From positions 180,001 through 212,000 of the forward strand of contig JAIUPJ010000001.1 of NCBI GenBank assembly GCA_020160975.1: DNA of 32,000 nt, given 5' to 3'. The position numbers and the translations under genes are program-made. Below the pieces are notes generated by a model. The model was not told the origin of the DNA. It saw nothing but the letters and a program-made list of their open reading frames with translations, and did no database searches. Source of the stretch: Candidatus Saccharimonadota bacterium. GTDB taxonomy: Bacteria; Patescibacteriota; Saccharimonadia; Saccharimonadales; Saccharimonadaceae. Positions 1 to 9,663 of this stretch are shown here, piece by piece. Each line of letters begins with the position of its first letter. Position 1 is the stretch's first letter.

Positions 1-1
1 G

Positions 2-493
2 TATGCCACGATTCGAGTCGAAAGCCACAACTTGTCTGACTACCATACACTATCGAACGTGTATGGGGTATACACCTCGAAAAATCAAGCCAAGCAAGCG
101 CTCGAAAGCGCAGTACGGACCTACCAGCTATGCCCAAAGCTTCTCGGGCTGGAAAAGACAAAAGGAGCGTGCTTCCGTCGACAGCTCGGCCTTTGTCGTG
201 GCGCGTGTGTTGGCACAGAGCCACCTTCACCCTATAATGCGCGCGTCGAAACAGCACTCGAACGGAGCAAGATTGAGTCTTGGCCTTACGATAGCGCCGT
301 GTCCGCGCCGATCAGTGCTACACGGTCAATTGTCATCGACCAATGGGTTCCCGTCGCCATCGTCGACCATGAGTTCGACACCTATACAGAACTCATGAGT
401 CCTTTTGACCTGGATACCTACAAAATCCTCCGCTCTCACATACGCAAAGTCCACGGACAAGTTACGAAATGGTCACGTCATGATACCGAATAA
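2..493 (+). CDS. GIY-YIG / UvrC-N-terminal-like nuclease, C-terminal part (5' end lies upstream of the window)
   Basis: The frame is open from the window edge to the stop at 491-493. It contains YQLCPKLLGLEKTKGACFRRQLGLCRGACVG, the Cys-rich segment that follows the GIY-YIG core in UvrC/Cho-type nucleases. Confidence 0.55.
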   Translation, partial: YATIRVESHNLSDYHTLSNVYGVYTSKNQAKQALESAVRTYQLCPKLLGLEKTKGACFRRQLGLCRGACVGTEPPSPYNARVETALERSKIESWPYDSAVSAPISATRSIVIDQWVPVAIVDHEFDTYTELMSPFDLDTYKILRSHIRKVHGQVTKWSRHDTE

Positions 494-719
494 CCCCGCA
501 CACCTCAATCATAACGGTACGAAGATTGCCCTCTTAGTTTTAACGGTTGTTATTTACATTATATCATAAAATTATATATTATTCAATATACCAACCCATA
601 CCGAAAACATTTGCAAACGGGTAGCTGGATTTGTGATATAATTTCATCTGTTACCTTAATAAAATCGAAATCTGTTTTGTGCGATGGTAGTCTAATTAGT
701 CGACCACCTACGGCAGCGA

Positions 720-727
720 TGTAAAAT
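720..727 (+). promoter_or_regulatory. extended -10 (TGtAAAAT) for tRNA-Leu
   Basis: A TGnTAAAAT-like box ends 10 nt before the tRNA 5' end at 738. Confidence 0.4.
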
Positions 728-737
728 CTATATTGAT

Positions 738-824
738 GGGCTGGTGGCGGAATTGGTAGACGCGCTAGACTCAAAATCTGGTGAGCAATAGCTCGTGCGG
801 GTTCAAGTCCCGCCCGGCCCACCA
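738..824 (+). tRNA. tRNA-Leu(CAA)
   Basis: 87-nt cloverleaf. Acceptor stem is GGGCTGG/CCGGCCC with one G-U pair. D arm is GCGGAATTGGTAGACGC. Anticodon stem is CTAGA/TCTGG with loop CTCAAAA (anticodon CAA). It has a long variable arm, T arm GCGGGTTCAAGTCCCGC and an encoded CCA. Confidence 0.93.
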
Positions 825-871
825 ATATAGGTTTTAAACGCACCGGCTCTTACTGATGTAACACTTCACAT

Positions 872-921
872 AAATCTGGTGAGCAATGGTCTGTGACGGT
901 TCACTTCCAGTTCGCGGCACT
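872..921 (+). repeat. degenerate copy of the 3' half of tRNA-Leu (tRNA fragment)
   Basis: AAATCTGGTGAGCAAT at 872-887 is identical to tRNA positions 774-789. The next ~35 nt still align at roughly 60 percent by hand (GGTTCA..TTCC vs GGTTCAAGTCCC). Confidence 0.6.
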
Positions 922-1022
922 ATAGGAGTGATTGCCAGACCGTGTTCACTGCGAAGACGGAGAGCTCGCTTAAGCCATAGCCGATATGCCTTTACTCCTG
1001 TATACTAGGGTGAGAATTTATC

Positions 1023-2267
1023 ATGCGCCCAGAAGATAACCGACAACCAGCGTCAATAGTGGTACCGCCGCGCCAGTCGACGGCTTTTCGTGCGAGCGAT
1101 CATGATACAGCCCAGGCGGTTGCGGCCGACGTGGTGCGGAGCCAGATTGATAGCATTTATCACCAGGACGACAACGCAACGCAGGCTGTCGAGACTGAGA
1201 CAACAACAGCCCCGCACAGCCCCACAGTTGCCTCAACCGCTGACACTGGCAATATCCAATACGACCACCAGCAAGCCTCGTCAGCGAACCCGTACGCGCG
1301 AACTCACAACGAAAAAGAGCACACCATCCAACCAAGCGCATGGGAAAAGTACCACAGCGCATGGCAAAGTTACTACCAACAATACTATGAACGCTACTAT
1401 GCGGGAGAAGTGCATCAAGTCAAGCAGTCTCTTGAGAATGAGCGGCAGAAAAACCGCGCCGAAGAGCAGTCGACATCACCAGATGAAGCGATGTACGACC
1501 TACGCAACAAACTTCGCCAGCAAATCGAAACAAAAGCCACCACAGTGCGCAAGAGTCGACATTTTGTCCCAGCCGTGGCGGCGATTTGTGTCATGGTGCT
1601 ATTTTTATTTTTGCAGTATAACCGCGTCATCTTTGCCAACGTCGCTGCCTATGTTAGTCCGGGCAATATGGATCCCTCAACACTGATTGTTGATCCATCA
1701 GCATCGGTTGATGTCGGGCCTGAGGCAAAGCTAATCATCCCAAAGATCACAGTACAAGTACCGATTGTCTGGGATGCCGTCGCGAGCGACCAAAATTCGC
1801 TTAACGCCGCTATGGATAATGGGGTAGCGTGGTTCAATATCCCTGGCGCAAATGCCAAACCAGGCGAAAAAGGCAACTTCGTCCTCTCAGGCCATAGCAG
1901 TAACGACTGGATGGATGGCGGCAATTACAAATTCATTTTTGCGCGCCTCGAGCAAATCCAAGAAGGTGACACCATCTATGTCAATTACCAGAGTAAGCGC
2001 TACACTTACACTGTCACGGCCACACAAGTCGTCAAACCAACCGATGTCTCCGCCCTTATCGGCAAAAGCGACAAGCCGCACCTCACGCTTGTCACCTGCA
2101 CGCCTCTTGGCACCGCCCTCAACCGTCTGTTAGTGTTTGCCGATCAAGTCAGCCCGGACCCGACAGCCGCACCAGAGACTACCGCCGACACAGCAGCTAC
2201 AGAAGCAACTACAATGCCCAGCAACTCACCGACATTCCTCCAGCGAATCTTTGGCTTTGGTGGCTAA
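1023..2267 (+). CDS. sortase-family transpeptidase with a long disordered N-terminus and one TM segment
   Basis: Catalytic motifs present: LSGHSS (His), HLTLVTCTP (TLxTC Cys) and NRLLVFA (Arg). TM segment is VPAVAAICVMVLFLFLQY. Confidence 0.85.
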   Translation: MRPEDNRQPASIVVPPRQSTAFRASDHDTAQAVAADVVRSQIDSIYHQDDNATQAVETETTTAPHSPTVASTADTGNIQYDHQQASSANPYARTHNEKEHTIQPSAWEKYHSAWQSYYQQYYERYYAGEVHQVKQSLENERQKNRAEEQSTSPDEAMYDLRNKLRQQIETKATTVRKSRHFVPAVAAICVMVLFLFLQYNRVIFANVAAYVSPGNMDPSTLIVDPSASVDVGPEAKLIIPKITVQVPIVWDAVASDQNSLNAAMDNGVAWFNIPGANAKPGEKGNFVLSGHSSNDWMDGGNYKFIFARLEQIQEGDTIYVNYQSKRYTYTVTATQVVKPTDVSALIGKSDKPHLTLVTCTPLGTALNRLLVFADQVSPDPTAAPETTADTAATEATTMPSNSPTFLQRIFGFGG

Positions 2268-3784
2268 TCAATCGAGAGCTTGAAACGGTGTAGGGCTACG
2301 CCATCTGCTGTGCGCACAAACTGGTACAGATACTTACCGTTATTACTAAAGACTGGCCGCAAACCTATGGCGTTTTTTGCTACGTAAATTTGCCGATTCG
2401 TACCGTCAAAATCAGTAATTGTTGCCACGCCTCCTGCGACGGTCGCCAAGTGATAGCCATCGATCCATATCGGTTCAAGTTCAGTCGATGTCATGCCTGT
2501 AATCGTCGCTGTCCCGTGCAGTTCGAGATCATACGTCTTCATTGCCGTGCTGGTTTGTACAAATACAAATCTATTTTCACCCACCGAGAACCCGACTCGT
2601 TGCGCCCCGCCGGGGACATCAAGAGTCGTTATTCGTTTCCAGTCTAGTTTGGCCGTCGAGTCGCTAGCCGGCAAATCTCCCTTGAGGATTTCTGCCTGCG
2701 CACCATAGGAAAGCACCGCGTAGTTATTGTTGTAGTACCGACCGAGCATAAAGGCATAGGGGGCTGTCCCATCGTCGGTCTTTGAACTCACAATCCGCGG
2801 ACTTTTTGCGTCTTCTGTCAGATATCCAGCACTTCGCACTTGTGTGGCGTCTGGTAAGGTGACGAATGTCACGGTAGACCGGTCGAACTGATCAAAGTTG
2901 GCGACATTTGTCATCAGCGGGCCGCTAAGAGTACGGGCATTCAGGTCGCCGCGCCGCAATTCATGTGTATCGGTCACGATATAGACGCTCTGGCTATCGC
3001 CCAGCACAAAAGCCACTTGTTGAATCGCCACCCCAAGCAGGTTTGTGACGTTGCGCACCGCGCCATCTTCGGCATGAGTGTCAATCCACAGATATTCGAC
3101 AGTCGAATCATAGCTGTGCTTGACGAGTGCATACCGGTTATCCTGATCCCATGAGAGCACATCAAATCGCTGCGTAGTCGGATCGGTCGCCTGCGTATAA
3201 CTGGTAGCAGACAGGGTTATCTTCACTGGCGATGGTGTGTCATTATCAAGTCCCACCAAAGTGAGAACTGGCTCATGCGCCACAAAACTAACGAGCAACC
3301 ACTTGTTGTCTGGCGATGGCACACTACTCGAAACCGTCGCTCCGCTGAGCACAGTGGAAGGCTGAAGGTTGGTTGGTAGCAAGCGTGCATAATTGAGCCA
3401 TAGGACTGAACCCGGCTTGACCGTGACATCTTTGCGCCACGTCGTATACCCCGGCTTTGTCATCGTTACCGTGTGAGCACCAGCCGTAGCAGTAATCTTG
3501 CTTGCCGTCTTGTTGGCAAGATGAACGGTGTCGAGTGTCACCTCGGCACCCGATGGACGGGAATCAAACTGCACGAGACCACCCTGCTCAACTTTCCCGT
3601 CATACCGATTAAATCGATATCCGAGCACTATCATCATCAGTGTCGCTACCGAAGCTACCACGGCAAAAGTCATTACCATGTACACAAAGGTGAGTTGTGC
3701 GCGCTGGCGCCGTTTGCTTGTCTTGCGGTGCATACGTTTTATATTATACACGCGCCTCTCCTTTGGCGACAGGGGCCTTGCCAA
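2264..3784 (-). CDS. membrane-anchored PEGA-domain protein
   Basis: N-terminal TM segment FVYMVMTFAVVASVATLMMIVLG. PEGA-like segment RPSGAEVTLDTVHLANKT..TVTMTKPGYTTWRKDVTVKPG. TTG start at 3784; an internal ATG 51 nt downstream is an alternative start. Confidence 0.7.
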   Translation of the reverse strand: MARPLSPKERRVYNIKRMHRKTSKRRQRAQLTFVYMVMTFAVVASVATLMMIVLGYRFNRYDGKVEQGGLVQFDSRPSGAEVTLDTVHLANKTASKITATAGAHTVTMTKPGYTTWRKDVTVKPGSVLWLNYARLLPTNLQPSTVLSGATVSSSVPSPDNKWLLVSFVAHEPVLTLVGLDNDTPSPVKITLSATSYTQATDPTTQRFDVLSWDQDNRYALVKHSYDSTVEYLWIDTHAEDGAVRNVTNLLGVAIQQVAFVLGDSQSVYIVTDTHELRRGDLNARTLSGPLMTNVANFDQFDRSTVTFVTLPDATQVRSAGYLTEDAKSPRIVSSKTDDGTAPYAFMLGRYYNNNYAVLSYGAQAEILKGDLPASDSTAKLDWKRITTLDVPGGAQRVGFSVGENRFVFVQTSTAMKTYDLELHGTATITGMTSTELEPIWIDGYHLATVAGGVATITDFDGTNRQIYVAKNAIGLRPVFSNNGKYLYQFVRTADGVALHRFKLSID

Positions 3785-3838
3785 GAATAAGCGTGTCCAC
3801 TATGATAATAGGTAAGCACGAGCAGAGTAGCTCCATAA

Positions 3839-4810
3839 TTGAGGGACAACATGACCGAAAAAACAGTGGTGATCAATGGTATGGTATACGACCGTCGGAC
3901 TGGTCTACCGGTTCGCATAGACCGCGCAACAACTTTGAGTCGCGCAAAAACAGCACATGCTGTTCACTCGCCACTGCAAAAATCTCGCACGCTCCACCGC
4001 AAATACGTTCACCTCGAGAAGAAACAGCCGACTACTCCTCAGCATGCTCCAGCTGCCACCGCAATGATTTCCGCTCACAAAAAGATCGCACCCGCTGCAA
4101 TGGCTACCAAACATCCCGATGTCCACCGTATTCAGGTGAAGCGACCTATTGCACAACCCTCTCACAAACCGGTGATGCAAGACATTGCACCTGTTGCACA
4201 CCACCTGGTGAAAAAAGCCGAGCAACACCTGCCAAAACCCGTCACTCGTGAGATCAAGCCCTCGCATATCCTCAAAAAAGAGGCCCTTCACCAAGCCACC
4301 GCTGCCATGCCTGCTACCCGGGCCAAAGACGTCAAGCAGAAGCATACCAGTCCACGCCGTCGTTCGCTGAGCATCGCATCTGCGGGACTCGCGCTGATAC
4401 TTCTCGGCGGCTATTTTACCTATCTCAATATGCCGTCACTCAGCACTCGTGTGGCTGCATCGCAAGCGGGAATTAATGCTGGATACCCCGCCTATCAACC
4501 ATCGGGCTACAGTCTGAGCGGGCCCGTGGCCTACCAGCAGGGCAACGTCAGCATGAAATTTGCCGCAAATGCTGGCCCGCAAAGCTTTACGATCAGTCAA
4601 AGCAAATCAGGCTGGGATTCGTCTGCAGTACGAGAGAACTACATTGCACCAAAAGTTGGCGACAACTACACGACCAACTCGGTCGATGGCCTTACTATCT
4701 ATACTTACCAAGGCAACGCCGCCTGGGTAAACAAAGGTATCCTCTACACTATTACCGGCAACGCGCCGCTCTCAACTGAACAAATCGAACACATCGCAAC
4801 GAGTATCTAG
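3839..4810 (+). CDS. membrane-anchored hypothetical protein (C-terminal domain reminiscent of DUF4367, uncertain)
   Basis: 323-codon ORF with one TM segment (LSIASAGLALILLGGYFTYL). The first ATG is at 3851; 3839 is a TTG. Confidence 0.6.
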   Translation: MRDNMTEKTVVINGMVYDRRTGLPVRIDRATTLSRAKTAHAVHSPLQKSRTLHRKYVHLEKKQPTTPQHAPAATAMISAHKKIAPAAMATKHPDVHRIQVKRPIAQPSHKPVMQDIAPVAHHLVKKAEQHLPKPVTREIKPSHILKKEALHQATAAMPATRAKDVKQKHTSPRRRSLSIASAGLALILLGGYFTYLNMPSLSTRVAASQAGINAGYPAYQPSGYSLSGPVAYQQGNVSMKFAANAGPQSFTISQSKSGWDSSAVRENYIAPKVGDNYTTNSVDGLTIYTYQGNAAWVNKGILYTITGNAPLSTEQIEHIATSI

Positions 4811-4895
4811 CATGAGCTAGAAGCATAAACGAGTTCACCCCGCTCATTAGGTTATCTTCTTCATCTTCTTAACGATCATCAATTGTGGCGCTGTC

Positions 4896-5225
4896 TTGAT
4901 TATCCTTGGTGGCGCCGACGACGCCTTCATTGCTTCAGGCAGTTCACAGTGGTGGTGGCAACTATTTTTTGCACTGGGCGCGAGCATTGGCCTGCCTATT
5001 ATTGATTCTGCTACCGGGTGGTTACCCCTGTTTTCTTCAGACACACGAGTAGATACTTCTGGCGCTGGATGGCTCTATGAAGAAATGTTGCTGTACTTTA
5101 TTGCAGCGATCGCATTTGTCGCGATATATGGTCAGACGGGCAATCTCGTCGACACCTTCGTCTCTCTAGTTGTCCTCCAAGCCGGTCCTTGGACCGCAGT
5201 TGCTCTGTCACGCAGTCGATACTAG
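4896..5225 (+). CDS. small hydrophobic hypothetical protein
   Basis: ORF with 2-3 hydrophobic segments. There is no canonical start upstream, although the frame is open and hydrophobic from 4851. Confidence 0.35.
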   Translation: MIILGGADDAFIASGSSQWWWQLFFALGASIGLPIIDSATGWLPLFSSDTRVDTSGAGWLYEEMLLYFIAAIAFVAIYGQTGNLVDTFVSLVVLQAGPWTAVALSRSRY

Positions 5226-5248
5226 AGGCGTAGTGTATACTGGAGAGT

Positions 5249-6793
5249 ATGATTCGCACTCGTTTCGCCCCTAGTCCGACTGGTTTTTTGCATGTTGGCG
5301 GTATTCGCACCGCGTTATTTGCTTTTTTGGTGGCACGCCAAGCTGCCGAAGGAGTGTTTGTGCTGCGACTCGAAGATACTGACCGCAAGCGACTTGTGCC
5401 CGGCAGCAAAGAGCACCTGATTGCCAGTCTCAAGACTATCGGTATCGACTACGACGAAGGTCCCGACATCGGCGGCCCCTGCGGCCCCTATATACAAAGC
5501 GAGCGACTCGATCGTTACCGCAAGTGGGCTCAAAAGCTCATTGACAAGGGCCTCGCTTATGCCGACCCCTACACGCCCGAGCAAATGCAGGCCTTTCGAG
5601 ATGAAGCGCAAGCGAACAAAAAAGCTTTTCTCTACCGAAATCACCGCCCCGAGAATCCTCCGGCATGGGACGGCACCCAGCCACTGCGTTTCAAATCAAC
5701 GCCAAAGAGCTACACTTACCATGATGAGGTGATGGGGGATATCACTACTAGCTCCGACGTGATCGACGATATTATCCTCATCAAATCTGATGGCTACCCG
5801 ACCTACAACTTTGCCCATATTGTTGACGATGCCGAGATGCACATCACTCACGTGATTCGCGGTCAAGAGTTTATCAGTAGCATGCCGAACTTCCTCGCGA
5901 TCTATGAAGCTCTAGGGTTCGACATGACCCCACGCACTGCGCACAAGCAGACTGAGCAAGGCAAGGGTAGGCACGGGCACACCGTGGCTACTTTAGGGGG
6001 CAAAGCGCCGGTCGTGAACTCACTTCACGATCAAGCAGAGGGGCTACTCCCTCTTCCGGTGTTCGCCCATATGCCGCACATTATGAATGAGCAGGGCAAC
6101 AAGAAACTTGGCAAACGCGACGGCGCCAAAGACGTGCTCGATTATATTCGCGACGGCTATCTACCCGAAACCTTGATGAGCTTCATCGCTACCCTCGGCT
6201 GGAATGACGGTACCGAGCAAGAGATTTTTACCAAACAAGAGCTGATCGAAAAATTTAGCCTCAACCGCATCCAGCGAAGTGGTGCGCGCTTCGACGAAAA
6301 ACGCCTTCTGTGGATGAATGGGCATTTCATTCGCGAATTATCGCTTGAAGAACTATACGATCGTGTCGAATTCTTCTGGCCCGAGGCGGCAAAAAAAGCT
6401 CCTGAATCTTACAGAAAACAAATCCTCGCACTAGCGCAAGACCGGCTAAAAACACTCAGAGATCTCCCAGGCCTCACAGGCTTTTTCTTCGAAGAACCGG
6501 CCCGCGATGACTCACTCTTTGCCACCAACAAACAGCTTAAAAAACTCTCCCCAGAAGAAATATCGCATCTACTAGAAATAGTTAAAACTAAGTTTGAATC
6601 ACTGGAGACCTGGACGCCAGAATCAATCCAAGACTGCCTGAATCAGCTCCTCGAAATCACCGGCCAAAAACCCGGAATTCTTTTCAGCCTCATCCGTATT
6701 GTCACGACCTGGGCACCGTTCAGCCCCCAGCTAGATGACACGCTGGCACTTCTCGGGAAAGAAACGACACTCCGTCGACTAGCCACCTACTGA
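5249..6793 (+). CDS. gltX: glutamyl-tRNA synthetase
   Basis: RFAPSPTGFLHVGG (HIGH-type motif), HVIRGQEF, KLGKRDGA (KMSKS-type motif), LGWNDG. Confidence 0.93.
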   Translation: MIRTRFAPSPTGFLHVGGIRTALFAFLVARQAAEGVFVLRLEDTDRKRLVPGSKEHLIASLKTIGIDYDEGPDIGGPCGPYIQSERLDRYRKWAQKLIDKGLAYADPYTPEQMQAFRDEAQANKKAFLYRNHRPENPPAWDGTQPLRFKSTPKSYTYHDEVMGDITTSSDVIDDIILIKSDGYPTYNFAHIVDDAEMHITHVIRGQEFISSMPNFLAIYEALGFDMTPRTAHKQTEQGKGRHGHTVATLGGKAPVVNSLHDQAEGLLPLPVFAHMPHIMNEQGNKKLGKRDGAKDVLDYIRDGYLPETLMSFIATLGWNDGTEQEIFTKQELIEKFSLNRIQRSGARFDEKRLLWMNGHFIRELSLEELYDRVEFFWPEAAKKAPESYRKQILALAQDRLKTLRDLPGLTGFFFEEPARDDSLFATNKQLKKLSPEEISHLLEIVKTKFESLETWTPESIQDCLNQLLEITGQKPGILFSLIRIVTTWAPFSPQLDDTLALLGKETTLRRLATY

Positions 6794-6861
6794 TGGCAGG
6801 GGCGACAATATAACAAGGGGTAGAAAATGAGTATCTAAGGGTAATGCTCAGTCTCAATTCA

Positions 6862-6870
6862 TGGTATAAT
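6862..6870 (+). promoter_or_regulatory. extended -10 TGgTATAAT, 10 nt before the ATG
   Basis: Exact TGnTATAAT match; there is no SD between it and the ATG at 6881. Confidence 0.55.
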
Positions 6871-6880
6871 CATAACCATC

Positions 6881-7981
6881 ATGAAAGAGCAGAAAGCTCC
6901 AAACAAACATCGGTTTCAAACGATTACGCTATGGAAGCGCCGTCACCCGCGACGCTTTCTTGCCGCGGCTTTTGCCGGTGTATTGATTCTCGTTTTTGCC
7001 ACTATTGGTATTGTTTATGCGCTCCAGCCACAGCAAAAAGTTGCTCCTAGCCCTGCGAAAACCATCAAAAAGCCCACGCCACAAGCACCAAAATTCTACT
7101 CACCGCTCACAGGCAGGGAAGTTAAAGACTCCGCAGCCACAACCCAGGCCGTAACTGCCATTATGATCGAGAACAGCCCCGATGCTCGCCCACAAAGCGG
7201 CCTCAAACAAGCTGGCGTAGTCTACGAAGCAATTGCGGAGGGCGGCATCACGCGGTTTTTGGCTATCTATCAAGAAGCAAAGCCACAGCTGATTGGCCCA
7301 GTACGTAGTGTTCGTATGTATTATATCGACTGGGCCGCACCGTACAACGCCAGCATCGCGCACATTGGCGGTAGCGCGGCTGCGCTTGCCGAGGTCAGAA
7401 ATGGAAATTACCGCGATATCGATCAGTTCTTTAATGCATCGTACTACTGGCGCGCCAGCGACCGCTACGCGCCACACAACGTCTATACCAGTTTTGAAAA
7501 ACTCGACGCGCTCAATGGAAGCAAAAGCTACACCACCAGTAGTTTTACAGGCTTCCCCCGTGTTGACGGTAAGCCAGCGACTACCCCAACAGCAACTAGT
7601 ATCGACATCGCCATCTCGAGCCCGCTGTACAATCCTCACTATGACTACGACGCCGCGAGCAATACCTACCTGCGAAGCATCGCCGGAGCACCGAGCAACG
7701 ACCGCGAAGAAGGCAGGCTCGCACCCAACGTCGTCATCGCAATGAAAGTCGACATGAACAAAATCTTCGAAGACGGCTGGCGCGAAAACATTACGACTAG
7801 CGGGACAGGAGCCGCGACGATTTTCCAAAATGGTACCGCCATAGAGGCAACATGGCGCAAAAATAGCCGAACTGAGCAGCTTGCATTTGTCGATGCCGGC
7901 GGCAACCCCATCGCCCTCAACCGTGGACAAACCTGGATTGCAGCCGTTCCGAATGGCTCAGGAAGCGTCGTATGGAAGTAA
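6881..7981 (+). CDS. DUF3048-family secreted/membrane-anchored protein
   Basis: N-terminal TM segment. IENSPDARPQSGLKQAGVVYEAIAEGGITRFLAIY matches the signature I know for DUF3048 (YerB-like). Confidence 0.75.
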   Translation: MKEQKAPNKHRFQTITLWKRRHPRRFLAAAFAGVLILVFATIGIVYALQPQQKVAPSPAKTIKKPTPQAPKFYSPLTGREVKDSAATTQAVTAIMIENSPDARPQSGLKQAGVVYEAIAEGGITRFLAIYQEAKPQLIGPVRSVRMYYIDWAAPYNASIAHIGGSAAALAEVRNGNYRDIDQFFNASYYWRASDRYAPHNVYTSFEKLDALNGSKSYTTSSFTGFPRVDGKPATTPTATSIDIAISSPLYNPHYDYDAASNTYLRSIAGAPSNDREEGRLAPNVVIAMKVDMNKIFEDGWRENITTSGTGAATIFQNGTAIEATWRKNSRTEQLAFVDAGGNPIALNRGQTWIAAVPNGSGSVVWK

Positions 7982-9537
7982 CCCCAACACCCAATCAGCC
8001 TGTTAAGCAGTCTCAAAAGCCGGTACTTCAAATGCGAGATTATTGGTCGCGCTACCGTGCGATCGTTATCGTCTCTGTCTGTCTCATGCAACTGACCATC
8101 ATCTGCATTGTGGCGATGGCGCTTATCATCGGTGGAGCAAAACCGGCAAGTATGTTGTTTTGGATCACTGTCTGCGCCACAACGCTCGCGTCGGTTCCAC
8201 TCAACCTCTACCTCACCATGCAGCTTCTCGTTCCACTGCGCGATCTGACAAACACCATTACCAATGCCGCCGGCGAAAAGCCAAGACTGCCGCTCGCCAA
8301 TCCAAACACTCCTCGCTACGAAAGCGACGGATTTGGCAGGTTCTTGCAGTATATTTACGACGGCAGCGCCACAAAAGACGCGCCCAGCAAGGACTCAGCC
8401 GATTCACCAAACGAGCTGCTAGCAGCCGCCCTAAAAAATACGAGAGCAGGGGTTATCGTGATGAATGCAAAAGACGGACGCGTCGTGTTCGCAAACAAGA
8501 ATGCGCCAGTGCGCCTGGACATCAACGAGCAGCCGGAACTAGAGCTGATGTTCAATCCCGAAGGCTTGCTCTCTGACTGGCTAGATCACTGCCGTAATAC
8601 CGCCGTCCATGCCGAAAAAACCTGGTATCGGGTGGCAAATCGCATTGTGGGTGATACAGAGCGCCGCATCTTCAACGTGAGTGCAAATTACGAAAAGGGA
8701 AGCGCTGCCGAAGTTGTTCTCGTTACCTTCGATGCAACCGACAAGTATCAGCCAGAGGACGACGATCTCGATTTTATTGCGTTTGCCGCCCACGAACTGC
8801 GCGGGCCAATTACCGTGATACGCGGCTATCTGGATGTACTCGATATTGAGCTAGAGGGCACACTCGCACCCGATCAACAGCAGCTGATTCAGCGGTTGAT
8901 TGTCAGTGCAAACCGCCTCACTGGCTATGTTAACAATATTCTTAATGCCAGCAAGTATGATCGTCGCCACCTCCGCATTCACCTCAGTGAAGAAACGGTG
9001 ACCGGGGTATACGACTCTATCAAAGATGACATGGAACTACGCGCCTCCTCTCAAAGCCGCTTGCTTGCTGTGACGTTCCCAGCCGATCTTCCTTCGATTG
9101 CCGCCGATCGCACCAGTCTGGGCGAGGTGATCGCCAACCTCATCGACAATGCCATCAAATACAGCAACGAAGGCGGATCGATCGCGGTCAACGCCACCAC
9201 CGAAGGATCGTTCGTGCGAGTCTCCGTCACTGACCACGGCATTGGTATGCCCAGCAATGTCGTCGGTAACCTGTTCCAGAAATTTTATCGCTCTCACCGT
9301 TCACGCGAAACATTTGCCGGCAGCGGCATCGGTCTCTACATCAGCAAAGCCATCGTTGAAAGTCACGGTGGCTCAATCGAGGTGACAAGTCGCGAGGGCG
9401 AAGGCTCAACGTTCTCTTTCACGGTGCCCGTCTATGCATCGGTAGCCGACAAGCTCCAAGCCAATGACCGCACCAACGCCGGACTTATCTCTTCGAGCGA
9501 AGGCTGGATCAAAAATCATTCGCGCTTCAAGAGCTAA
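7972..9537 (+). CDS. sensor histidine kinase
   Basis: Two N-terminal TM segments. HisKA motif FAAHELRGPITVIRGY. HATPase motifs NLIDNAIKYS, DHGIGMP and GSGIGLYISKAIVESHGG. Overlaps the previous gene by 10 nt. Confidence 0.9.
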   Translation: MEVTPTPNQPVKQSQKPVLQMRDYWSRYRAIVIVSVCLMQLTIICIVAMALIIGGAKPASMLFWITVCATTLASVPLNLYLTMQLLVPLRDLTNTITNAAGEKPRLPLANPNTPRYESDGFGRFLQYIYDGSATKDAPSKDSADSPNELLAAALKNTRAGVIVMNAKDGRVVFANKNAPVRLDINEQPELELMFNPEGLLSDWLDHCRNTAVHAEKTWYRVANRIVGDTERRIFNVSANYEKGSAAEVVLVTFDATDKYQPEDDDLDFIAFAAHELRGPITVIRGYLDVLDIELEGTLAPDQQQLIQRLIVSANRLTGYVNNILNASKYDRRHLRIHLSEETVTGVYDSIKDDMELRASSQSRLLAVTFPADLPSIAADRTSLGEVIANLIDNAIKYSNEGGSIAVNATTEGSFVRVSVTDHGIGMPSNVVGNLFQKFYRSHRSRETFAGSGIGLYISKAIVESHGGSIEVTSREGEGSTFSFTVPVYASVADKLQANDRTNAGLISSSEGWIKNHSRFKS

Positions 9538-9648
9538 GTAGCGCGCGTAAAACTTAGAATTTCCAATGGTATACCAATTTTATCAAATTGATGTGACACG
9601 TCGGCGTCTCAAAAGCGAAAACTTGTCGTCACTTTGCTTGGCTTCAGG

Positions 9649-9657
9649 TGTTATACT
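9649..9657 (+). promoter_or_regulatory. extended -10 TGtTATACT, 6 nt before the ATG
   Basis: Sequence match and position relative to the ATG at 9664. Confidence 0.5.
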
Positions 9658-9663
9658 AAGCAT

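Noticed and set aside
583-843. 86-aa minus-strand ORF
   Set aside because: It overlaps tRNA-Leu on the opposite strand and AT-rich promoter DNA.
5975-5990. 10-nt match GCACACCGTG between the gltX insert and the 23985-24001 hairpin
   Set aside because: A 10-mer match is expected many times by chance in 32 kb, and the gltX copy is not part of a palindrome.
7100-7930. 276-aa ORF on the minus strand
   Set aside because: It is entirely antisense to the well-supported DUF3048 gene, has no recognisable motifs, and is typical of the long antisense frames seen in moderately GC-rich coding DNA.
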